Made by a program: the position numbers and the translations under genes
Part shown: piece by piece, positions 39,017-48,457 of the stretch
How positions within the stretch are numbered: the stretch's first letter is position 1
Layout of the letters: every line of letters starts with the position of its first letter
Source: Bryobacterales bacterium
GTDB lineage: Bacteria; Acidobacteriota; Terriglobia; Bryobacterales; UBA6623
Reading direction: 5' to 3'
DNA: 64,000 bases
Assembly (NCBI GenBank): GCA_963422375.2
Contig: CAXXKD010000001.1
Coordinates: 224,001-288,000, forward strand
The notes under the pieces: model-generated
Told to the model about the DNA's origin: nothing
What the model saw: the letters and a program-made list of their open reading frames with translations, nothing else
Databases searched by the model: none

Positions 39017-39544
39017 CTATTTCGTCGGGCGAGGATCCCGCACGAAGCCGCCGCGATTCGGCATCTCGACTTTCGGCAGCGACTCTCGGTCCAGCGTCGC
39101 GTCTTCGCCGATAATGCCGTTCAGGTACAGGACGTAGGCCGTAACCGCGTAGATCTGGTCCGCGGACAGGGTGCCGGGCTCTTCGAACGGCATCGCCCGT
39201 CGCGTGTAGTCGAACAGCGTGGTGGCGTACGGCCAGTAGCTGCCCACGGTCTTGACCGGGGGCACCTGCTTCAGCTGTTCCCGCTTGCCGACAAGCGCGG
39301 CTTGGTCGCCGCCGCCGCCCTGCTCACCGTGGCACTCCTTGCAGCTCGTCTCGTAGACTTGCGCCCCTTCTTTCGCCGTGCCGCTACCCGGCGGCAGCTC
39401 CCGGCCCTCGGGACCGATCGTGATGTCCCAAGCCTTGACCTCGTCGTCGGTCGCGGCGCGCCCGAGACCGAACGGCTGCGCTGCCAGCGGCTGCGCCGCC
39501 AGCCCGAGCAGCGCCAGACCGCCGGCCCACCTAAGCTTCGGCAT
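39017..39544 (-). CDS. soxD: SoxD-like cytochrome c
   Basis: 'GLGRAAT..E..AWD', CKECH, 'KTVGSYWPYATTLFDY.RRAMP'. Confidence 0.85.
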   Translation of the reverse strand: MPKLRWAGGLALLGLAAQPLAAQPFGLGRAATDDEVKAWDITIGPEGRELPPGSGTAKEGAQVYETSCKECHGEQGGGGDQAALVGKREQLKQVPPVKTVGSYWPYATTLFDYTRRAMPFEEPGTLSADQIYAVTAYVLYLNGIIGEDATLDRESLPKVEMPNRGGFVRDPRPTK

Positions 39545-40769
39545 TGGACACGCTCCCGTCGGCGGCTACCTTCCATCCCTTGATCCGGTTGCAATGGTAT
39601 GCCGAGTACCTTCCGCGCTCGGCGATCAGGGCCTCCCGCGACGGCTGCACGTATCCCGTCTCGTCCCGGCATCGCGACATCAGTACGCATTCGCTCCCGT
39701 CCCAGCTCCACGGGAGTCTGAACCGCGTGAAGGCCTTGGAATATACCGGCTGCTGCAGCTCGGCCTCCGACCAAGTCTGCCCGCCGTCCGTCGAGACTTC
39801 GGCCGTCTCGATCCTGCCGCGGCCCGACCATGCCAACCCGCTGATTTCGTAGAATCCGGCGCCGCCGATCGAATGCCCGCCCGAAGGGTTCGTGATGACT
39901 GACTTGGCGTCCATCTCGAAGGTGAAGATCCAAGCCTCGCCGCTCTCCATCAGCTCCGTGTACTTGGAGGTCTCGTCCTTGGTGAACTGGGGGCCCTCCG
40001 TCAGCTTGACACGCCGGAGCCACTTGACGTTCGTGTTGCCCTCCCATCCGGGCAGAATCAGCCTTAGCGGGTAGCCCTGCTCGGGGCGGAGCGCCTCGCC
40101 GTTCTGCCCGTAGGCGACGATGCCCTCGGAGAGGGCCTTGTCCAAGGTGGCGCTGCGCTGCATGCGGCAGGCGTCGGCGCCTTCCGCGAGAATCCATTGC
40201 GCCTCCGGCTGGATGCCCGCCTCCTCCAGCAGGACGCGCAGCGGCACGCCGGTCCACTCGCTGCAGCTCGCCAGCCCGTGGCTGAGCTGCACGGACGGCG
40301 CTCCGGCCGGGCTCCATTCCCCGCCGCTGTTGCCCGAGCACTCGACGAAATGGACCCGGGACACGGAGGGCAGCCGCTTGATGTCGTCTACGGAGAAGAT
40401 CGTTGGACGGCTGACAAGGCCATGCACCAAGAGCTTGTGCCCGGCGGGGTCGATTTCCGGGACCCCGGCGTGATGGCGCTCGAAGTGCAGGGCGGACGGG
40501 GTGATGATGCCGTAGGTTTCGTCCAGCGGTGTCCGGGACGATGCCGCTTCAGGTGTCTTGCTGTCGCGCACGCCGCGCGCGGCCGTCTCGCGGGGGCTCC
40601 GCTCCCCGTACCGGCGCACCGGCGCGCCCAGGCTGCCTCGCGAGGCCGATGCCTCGGGTACCTCCTCTTGGGGCGCTCGGCACGCTGCCAGCGCGCCACC
40701 CGTCAAGGCGCCGGCTCCGAGAAAGGCACGACGGCTCGAGTGCTTCGTCTGCATGAGGGAAGTCATCAT
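39531..40769 (-). CDS. soxC: SoxC-like molybdenum sulfite dehydrogenase subunit
   Basis: Tat motif 'SRRAFL', 'LHFERHH', 'ECSGN', 'EQGYPLRL..PGWEG..NVKW'. Confidence 0.88.
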   Translation of the reverse strand: MMTSLMQTKHSSRRAFLGAGALTGGALAACRAPQEEVPEASASRGSLGAPVRRYGERSPRETAARGVRDSKTPEAASSRTPLDETYGIITPSALHFERHHAGVPEIDPAGHKLLVHGLVSRPTIFSVDDIKRLPSVSRVHFVECSGNSGGEWSPAGAPSVQLSHGLASCSEWTGVPLRVLLEEAGIQPEAQWILAEGADACRMQRSATLDKALSEGIVAYGQNGEALRPEQGYPLRLILPGWEGNTNVKWLRRVKLTEGPQFTKDETSKYTELMESGEAWIFTFEMDAKSVITNPSGGHSIGGAGFYEISGLAWSGRGRIETAEVSTDGGQTWSEAELQQPVYSKAFTRFRLPWSWDGSECVLMSRCRDETGYVQPSREALIAERGRYSAYHCNRIKGWKVAADGSVSNAEA

Positions 40770-40895
40770 AGCGCGGCCGCCTTCGCGCGCCGAGCGGCTC
40801 CCTTGGCGCGATCGGGCGTTGCTCAGGACCGGTCGGCATGTTTCGCTCTGGAGGCGAGTCGCTGCCGAGCGGATACAATACGCTGGAATCGCGCT

Positions 40896-42722
40896 ATGCC
40901 TCCCCAGATTTCCTTTCGGACCGCCGCAAGGCTGGGCGCGGTGACGCTCCTCGCTTCCATGCCCCTCCTAGCAGGCACCCGTCCGTACGTCATGGGCACG
41001 CGAGGCGTGGTCGTCTCGGGCCATCACCAGGCCAGCGACGCCGGCCTCGACATGCTCAAAGCCGGCGGCAACGCCGTTGACGCCGGCGTGGCCGCGGTGT
41101 TCGCCCAGGCCGTCACCGAATTCGACCGCTTCGGGCTCGGCGGCGAGGTTCCCATCCTGATCTACAGCGCCGCCGGGGACCGCGTCGCGGCGATCAACGG
41201 GCAGGGGCAGGCACCCCGCAGGGCGACCATCGAGTGGTTCCGCCAGAACGGCCTGCAGGCGATCCCGGGCGATTGCTTCCTAGCGGCTCCGGTGCCCGCA
41301 GTCGTGGGTTCCCTGATCCTCGCTCTCGAGGAGTTCGGGACCATGAGTCTGGGACAGGTGCTGGCCCCAGCCATACACCTCGCCGACCGCGGCTTCGCTG
41401 TCTTCCCGACCTATCTCCAGAACCTTCGCAGGGTGGCCGGCCGCATGCGGTCGGAGTGGCCTTCGTCTGCCAGGGTTTTCCTGCCCGGCGGCAAGCTCCC
41501 GGAGGTTGGGGACCTGATGGTGCAGAAGGACCTTGCCTCCACGTTCCGGCGGCTTGTCGAGGCCGAGCGGGCGGCGTCCGGCGAGGGGCGGCGCGCCGGA
41601 TTGCGGGCCGCCTACGACCTGTTCTACAAGGGCGAGCTCGCAGCCGAGATCGTCGCGTTCCAGAAATCGTTCCGCTGCACCGATGCGAACGGCTTCACGT
41701 CGACCGGCCTGCTCGAGATCGACGATCTCGCGGGGTTCCGGGCCGCCGTGGAGGAGCCCGCGAGCACGACCTATCGCGGCATCGACGTCTACAAAGTCGG
41801 CTTCTGGTCGCAGGGGCCGGTGCTCCTCCAGACCCTGAACCTGCTCGAGGCGTACGACGTGCAGGCGCTCGGCCACAACACCGCACCCTACCTGCATCTG
41901 CTTGCGGAAGCGATGAAGCTGGCCTTCGCCGACCGCGAGTGGTACTACGCCGACCCGGACTTCGTGGGCGTGCCCGACAGGGGCCTGCTCTCGAAGGAGT
42001 ACGCCGCGGAGAGGCGCAGGCTGATCGACCTGTCGGCTCCCTCGCTGAAGCTGCGCCCGGGCAATCCCTATCCGTTTCACCCAGAGACGCTGGCGCATGC
42101 CCCGATCCCGGAGACCGTGCCGTTCCGCCCCGACCCGCCCGGAACGACCGGCACGCGCGTCGCCGACGCCGAGGGCAACGTATTCTCGGCCACGCCCAGC
42201 GGAGGCTGGTTCACCTCGTCCCCGATCGTTGAGGGCCTCGGTTTCGTCCTGGGGTCGCGCTGCCAGAGCTTCTTTCTGGACGAGAGCCGCTCGAACCGCT
42301 TGCAGCCCGGCAAACGGCCGCGCACCACGCTGACGCCCACCTTGGCGATGAAGGACGGCGAGCCATTCATGGCTTGGGGCACGCCGGGAGGCGACGCCCA
42401 GGACCAGGTCAACCTTCAGTTCCTGCTCAACGTGGTGGAATTCGGCATGGACATCCAAGTCGCGCTTGACGAGCCGCTGATGCAGATCCTCGACTTCCCG
42501 CCTTCGTTCTTCCCGCGCGAGATTCATCCCGGGGTGATGCGCGTGGAGGCGCGAATGCCGTCGGGGACGGTCGCTGAATTGGAGGCGATGGGACACCAGG
42601 TGCGGTCTGCCGGCGACTGGTCGATCGGGGACGCCACCGCATTGATGATCGACAGCGCGAGAGGGGTGCTCTACGGCGCGGCAGGCCCGCGGCGCGACAA
42701 GTCCTACGCTCTTGCTTGGTAG
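40896..42722 (+). CDS. ggt: Gamma-glutamyltransferase family protein
   Basis: 'GGNAVDAG', 'EAMKLAFADR', nucleophile region 'GTTG', 'PGKRPRTTLTP', 'GTPGGD'. Confidence 0.85.
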   Translation: MPPQISFRTAARLGAVTLLASMPLLAGTRPYVMGTRGVVVSGHHQASDAGLDMLKAGGNAVDAGVAAVFAQAVTEFDRFGLGGEVPILIYSAAGDRVAAINGQGQAPRRATIEWFRQNGLQAIPGDCFLAAPVPAVVGSLILALEEFGTMSLGQVLAPAIHLADRGFAVFPTYLQNLRRVAGRMRSEWPSSARVFLPGGKLPEVGDLMVQKDLASTFRRLVEAERAASGEGRRAGLRAAYDLFYKGELAAEIVAFQKSFRCTDANGFTSTGLLEIDDLAGFRAAVEEPASTTYRGIDVYKVGFWSQGPVLLQTLNLLEAYDVQALGHNTAPYLHLLAEAMKLAFADREWYYADPDFVGVPDRGLLSKEYAAERRRLIDLSAPSLKLRPGNPYPFHPETLAHAPIPETVPFRPDPPGTTGTRVADAEGNVFSATPSGGWFTSSPIVEGLGFVLGSRCQSFFLDESRSNRLQPGKRPRTTLTPTLAMKDGEPFMAWGTPGGDAQDQVNLQFLLNVVEFGMDIQVALDEPLMQILDFPPSFFPREIHPGVMRVEARMPSGTVAELEAMGHQVRSAGDWSIGDATALMIDSARGVLYGAAGPRRDKSYALAW

Positions 42723-43006
42723 CGGACTCGGAGCGCAGCCCGCGCCTCGCCGGGGATCCGGATGGGGCCGGCGCGGGCCCCGTGCATCCGGGCAAGGGGC
42801 GGCAGGGCGTCCGGATCTTGTGGCGGCCGGAACTACAATACATCGCCTCTGGTCCCTTTAGTGACCAGATTAGGTATCTAGGAAATCGCTGTCCCTTCGC
42901 AGAATCCCACCGTGCCTCCATTCCGGCAGGATCGACGGCGATCTCGAGCAGGTCTCTGGGTCGGGAGACAATCATCAGACAGCACGAAATCAAGGGGACT
43001 GCAGGC

Positions 43007-44324
43007 CTAGGAAGGCCCTAAGTCCACAACGACTGACCACTGGCAGGCTCGTTCCCAAGAGTCAATTGCCGCCGTAGCTGCGGATCTGGCCCCTCCGTGA
43101 CATCGCACGTGGGATGACATCTTGCCGTCTAAACCCGGGCATTGCAGCCTCGTGCAATCCAGCTTAGTCCCAGCTCTCGCAACGGATACTTCCGGCAGAC
43201 CGGATTGACGACGTATGGAATTGTGATCCGAGTGATATTTCAAGTTCAATCCAAAAGTGTCCAAGCCTTGCGCAAGGTTTAGCAATAATCTCCACCATCG
43301 CCGATCCTTGGCCTTGCCCTAGCCGTCACTACTCCGAGTCCTCAACTCTCGTAGATGTCCAAACCAGTCTGGTGCCAACGTGCCAGCAAGAATAGTATAG
43401 GACAACATTAGGTCATACAAGTGAATGGAATTGCGGAATCCATAGTTCACGTCCAACTGCCCATCTACCAAGCCATCCACTCTAGTAGGCAGAATGATCA
43501 TAGTTACTACAAATGATCCTTTCGGAATCGAGAGAACAATAATCTGCCGAAAAGAGTATTCTCTATACAGCTCCAATACATGAGATATTACCACTCTAAA
43601 AGCAAATCCAAGATATGGTCAAGAGTCAAGGACAAGGTCCAGCCAAGCATAAGGTTCCATGCGGATGAACCCTCAAAACACTTCCCGATTGTCGCATCAT
43701 GCGGGCCGACGACAAGGTCTTCAGGCAGTGCATCGACTTTGATATTGATCAGAAATTCCTTGCGCTCGCTCTCGCACGGAATCCGAAGGTGACCAGATGA
43801 TGTTTTGGCTTCAGCTTAATCACCATATCTTCGGGTTCTTTCTGACTAGCGGACGATACTGATTCAACTGCAATCGAAATATCCTGATCCCGTGAAATGT
43901 CTCCAGAGAGTTCCACGGCAATTAAGAGTGTAGAATCTACTGCTTTGTAGACGGGCTGCGTAAACTGGACTGCAAGAAGTCTTGAAAAGTTCTCACTGTA
44001 AGCAGGGAAACTCTCCCCTCAATACGCCCACCACTCCCCATCTTCTTGCTCATCGATGGACGATATTCTCACCCAAGCCTGCCCGGAGAACCAATGGGGG
44101 GCTTCGCGTCGCTCGAGAACCCTGAATTTCTCGCCTTGATTCGCATTACCAACTTTTTGGCCTGGAAAGGTACCGAACAATCGGCCAGTGGGAGGGGCAG
44201 CGCGCAACGGGACGGATTGCTTCGCTTCGACGACGTCCAGGCTCTGTGAATCTTCGGGAGAGGCCGAGTACAGCTGAAGGGCGAGGACGGGTCCCAGAAC
44301 GGCGCAAAGTCTCTGCACGGACAT
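43007..44324 (-). pseudogene. Degraded AT-rich gene for a secreted/membrane protein of unknown family
   Basis: GGGAGG RBS, signal-like start; the frame continues past TGA 44019 and TAG 43319, with frameshifts between. Confidence 0.4.
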
Positions 44325-44998
44325 GGAATCTGCTAGCCTCCCGTCGCGAATACATGGCTGACCCGGTATGCGTTGTCACCAAGCTTTCGTGCAGTTCTGA
44401 GGAGTCGTGTGTGTCGCACGCAGACACGACGCCCAAGCAACCGACGAAACTGCGACGCGGTGATGCCTGACAAGAGGCAGTCGAGTGGGAGGCGAGGCCC
44501 CCTCGTCGCCGGCACGGATCTCATTGGCCCCTTGCCGGGGGTTCGATCAGTGAATAAGTAGCGGTGCGACATTCCGACCGTGGCCTTCGCCAATACATGC
44601 TGTACCCTACACCATCTGACCGTGGCCTGATCCAGCCTCTTGGACAATCGTCGATCTAGCCGGAATCTCTTGGCCAGACGCACGTGCGCGACCGGTCGAT
44701 GGTCTCAGACTGTCCAAAGTTGCACAGGCGGGCACTGCGGGGATCGATTGTTCCGCAGCGGGTTAGGAAGCCTGCCGTAATTCGGCGATGCTCGCTGCGA
44801 CACGACGATGGAATGTCAACGCCTGCAAGCGCCCGCGTCCGGGGTACGGCGGCCTGCAGCACCTTCTCTGCGAACCTTGCGCAGATGCCTTGGGCACAGC
44901 CTCGGAACTACACGGTCGGGCGAGTCCGCTGTAGTCCGCCGGGGACCAGCCTCCCGGACGCGCGTCCCGGGAGGGATGCGCGGGGCATCGCCGGCTAC

Positions 44999-46500
44999 CT
45001 ACAGATGCGGCAGCTCGTCCGTGATCTCGAGCCAAGGCGTCGACCGGTGCCAGCCGGTGAGTGTCTCGCGCAGCTCCTCTGCCATGTCGGTCCGCACCGC
45101 CTGCCCGGCGAGGTTGTCCAGCTCGAACGGGTCGCGCCTCAGGTCGTGGCACACCGCCCTGTCGTCCCGGATCGCGCGGTCGTCCTCTTCGGCCTCGATG
45201 CCGTACTTGTGTGTCGGCGTGCGAATTCCCATCATCGAGCGCGGCATCGCGTACGAGATGCCCTTGTAGCCGGCCGCTTCGACAAAAGCGTGCGCTCGGT
45301 CCAGCGTCCGGCGCTCTCCCCGCAGGACCGGAAGCAGGCTCTGTCCCTGCATGTGCGCCGGGACGGGAAGGTCGCAGGCTTTCGAGAAGTGTCGGCGCGA
45401 TGTCGACGTTGGAGGCGACCTGCCCGGCCGACTCCGCGGGAGCGATTCTGTCCTGATGCCGGTACACCATGGGCACGCGAATCGCCTCCTCGTACAGGCG
45501 GTCCTTGTTGAACGCGCCGTGATTGCCCAGCAGCTCGCCGTGGTCGGACGAGAGGACGATGATCGTGTTGTCCGCGACTCCGCTGTCCTCCAGCGCGTCG
45601 AGCAGCTCGCCCACCAAGTCGTCGGTGCAGGTGACCGCTCCGTAATAGTACGCGGTCAGGTCGCGCAGGTCGAATCCCGGCGGCAGCGCGTCACCGGCTG
45701 CGTCCGCAGCCCCGCCCCGCGTGCGCCAGAAGTAGTCCCACTTCGTGTAGACCTTGAACCACCAGTTGTCCCGGTGCAGGTCGCCGTCGGCGTCGAACAC
45801 GTTGTCCCGCAGGATGACGTCGCTGGGCGAGTACATGGTCGAGTACCGGTCCGGCAGGTTGCCCGGCCCGATCGGCATGTGTGGCGGCGAGACCCAGTAG
45901 TTCAGGAAGAACGGTCCGTCCCTGCTGGCGCGGACGAACGCTCGCATCTTGTCGCTGGCGGCCTGCGGCATGAACCCCGGCGCCACGTTCACCTCGCCCG
46001 ATTCGGTCGACAGCTTGCCGGCCTCGCGCACGGCCTCGCGCATCGCCCGCCCGTAGTAACCGGTGGGGGGATCTCGACGGGGTAGTACGCGTACTCGAAT
46101 CCCAGCAGGAACGGATCGACGTGAGCATGCCACTTCCCGACATGACCGGTGCGGTAGCCGGCTGCCGCCAGCAGCTCGGGCAGCGTCGGCTGATCGAGCC
46201 CACGTTGCGAATCGAGCCCGCGCAGGTCCGGGCGTACTGGCCGCTCAAGACGGTGCCCCGAGCGGGCGAGCACACGGGGCTGTTGGTGACGCCGACCTCG
46301 AATCGGAAGCCCTCGGCCGCGAGCCGGTCGATGTTCGGCGTCTGCACGACAGGATGGCCGTAGCAGCCGATCTCGAAGGGCCGCCGTTGGTCCGTCAGGC
46401 ACACGACCACGTTCGGAGGCTTGGCGGACTCCCCGCACCCGGCGGCCACTGCCATGGCCCCGAGGGCGGACCGCCCGATGAACTCTCTTCGGTCGATCAC
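44999..46500 (-). pseudogene. Tat-exported sulfatase, multiply frameshifted
   Basis: 'DRREFIG' Tat signal, 'CSPARG', 'GKWH', 'SDHG', 'MQGQSLLP' fall in four ORF segments. Confidence 0.8.
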
Positions 46501-46665
46501 AAGGCGGCGCTCGCTCCTCGGCTTCCTGCGGCCTGACGGACCGAGGAGGCCCAGTCTACCCGCTCGGGGTTGAGGCCGCGAGGCGTCGCGCAGCCGGAAA
46601 CGCGGTGATACGATGGAAGTTCGGCCCGCTGACGGCCTACCGCTCGGATCCGTCGGGTCCCCGAT

Positions 46666-48414
46666 ATGCGCTGGAGCCGCCTTTTCGTTCCTACCCTGCG
46701 GGATGACCCTGCCGAGGCCGAAGTCGCGAGCCACAAGCTCCTGCTCCGGGGCGGCTACGTGCGCCAGCTCTCGGCAGGTCTCTACTGCTACCTCTTCCTA
46801 GCGAAGCGCTCGCTCCACAAGATCGAACAGATCGTCCGGGAAGAGATGGACGCCATCGGAGCGCAGGAGATCTACACCCCCGAGCTCCACCCCGCCGAAA
46901 TCTGGCGGGAGAGCGGCCGCTGGGACGCCATCGGCAGCGACATGTTCCGTCTCAAGGATCGCTGGGGCCGGGACCACTGCCTCGGGATGACCGAGGAGGA
47001 GGTCGTCACCTTCGTCGCTCGGGGCGAGCTCCGCAGCTACAAGCAGCTGCCCCAGATCTGGTACCAGATCCAAGCCAAGTTTCGCGACGAGCCGCGTCCC
47101 AAGGCCGGCCTGATGCGCGTGCGGCGCTTCACCATGAAGGACTCCTACACCTTCGACATGGACAGCGCGGGACTGGACGCGGCATACGCCAAACATCACG
47201 GCGCCTATTGCCGCATCTTCGAGCGTTGCGGCTTGGATTACGTCGCCGTCGACGCGGATTCGGGCGCGATGGGAGGCAGCGAGTCCTGCGAATTCATGGC
47301 GCCGTCCCCCGCCGGCGAGGACTGGATCGTCGAGTGCCCGTCCTCGGGTTACCGGGCGAACTTGGAGAAGGCCGTCACGCGGCCCAGTCCGCCGGACGCG
47401 CCGGACCCGGGCGGGGACGCCGGCCCGGAGGAGTTCCCCACTCCGGGCAGGAAGACCATCGAGGAAGTGGCCGAATTCGACGGGCAACCCGCGACGTCCC
47501 ATATCAAGGCGCTGTTGATGATGGCGGACGGAGACCCGCTGATGGTGCTGCTGCGCGGCGACCACCAGCTCAGCGAGACCAAGCTCGCGGTGCAGGTCCG
47601 GGCCGGCGACCTGCGCCCGGCCCACCCCGAGGAGATCGAGGGCTGCCTAGGGACCAGGGCCGGCTACGTCGGGCCCGTCGGTACCGTCGGCGTGCGGCTG
47701 CTGGCCGACACCGCCCTCGAGGGGCGCCGGAACATGGTCGCCGGGGCCAACAGGGAGGGCTTCCACCTGCGCAACGTCACGCCCGGGCGCGACTTCCGTG
47801 CCGCCTTCGCCGACTTGCGCGAAGCGCAGGACGGCGATCTCGACATCGAGTCCGGCGCACCAGTGCGCTGCCTGAAGGCGGTCGAGGTCGGGCACATCTT
47901 CAAGCTGGGCTACAAATACTCGGAATCGATGGGGCTGAGCGTACTCGACGAGCGCGGCAAATCCGTCACACCCGTCATGGGTTCCTACGGAATCGGGATC
48001 GAGCGCATCCTGACCGCCGCGATCGAGCAGAATCACGACAGGTCAGGCATGGCGCTGCCGGCGTCCATCGCCCCGTTCGAGGTCGTCGTGACCCCGGTGA
48101 ACCGCAAGCAAGCCGCGCAGCGGGACACCGCCGAGTCGCTCTACCGGGGATTCCGGGAGGCCGGCGTCGACGCCCTGCTCGACGACCGGGACGAGCGTGC
48201 CGGAGTCAAGTTCAAGGACGCCGACCTGATCGGCATCCCGTTCCGCGTGACCGTGGGCCGGGGAGCGGCCGACGGCCGGGTGGAATTGACTGACCGCAAG
48301 ACAAACGCTACACAAGATGTTACAGTCGGGGAAACCCTGCAGGCGCTGCGACGGCACATAGCCGAGACGATGCCCGTCGCGGGTCCGAGCGCCTCGCGGA
48401 ATCCGGCCGCGTAG
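46666..48414 (+). CDS. proS: Proline--tRNA ligase
   Basis: 'SHKLLLRGG', 'KFRDEPRP', 'MKDSY', 'EVGHIFKLG.KYS', 'MGSYGIG', 'GVKFKDADLIG'. Confidence 0.96.
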   Translation: MRWSRLFVPTLRDDPAEAEVASHKLLLRGGYVRQLSAGLYCYLFLAKRSLHKIEQIVREEMDAIGAQEIYTPELHPAEIWRESGRWDAIGSDMFRLKDRWGRDHCLGMTEEEVVTFVARGELRSYKQLPQIWYQIQAKFRDEPRPKAGLMRVRRFTMKDSYTFDMDSAGLDAAYAKHHGAYCRIFERCGLDYVAVDADSGAMGGSESCEFMAPSPAGEDWIVECPSSGYRANLEKAVTRPSPPDAPDPGGDAGPEEFPTPGRKTIEEVAEFDGQPATSHIKALLMMADGDPLMVLLRGDHQLSETKLAVQVRAGDLRPAHPEEIEGCLGTRAGYVGPVGTVGVRLLADTALEGRRNMVAGANREGFHLRNVTPGRDFRAAFADLREAQDGDLDIESGAPVRCLKAVEVGHIFKLGYKYSESMGLSVLDERGKSVTPVMGSYGIGIERILTAAIEQNHDRSGMALPASIAPFEVVVTPVNRKQAAQRDTAESLYRGFREAGVDALLDDRDERAGVKFKDADLIGIPFRVTVGRGAADGRVELTDRKTNATQDVTVGETLQALRRHIAETMPVAGPSASRNPAA

Positions 48415-48457
48415 GCCGGCTGGAGCGAGGGGCGGCGGTCCTTGGTGGGAGGGTCCG

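Noticed and set aside
44528..44552. GGTTCGATC as a tRNA T-arm or attachment-site remnant
   Set aside because: No cloverleaf, acceptor stem or CCA, and no integrase nearby.
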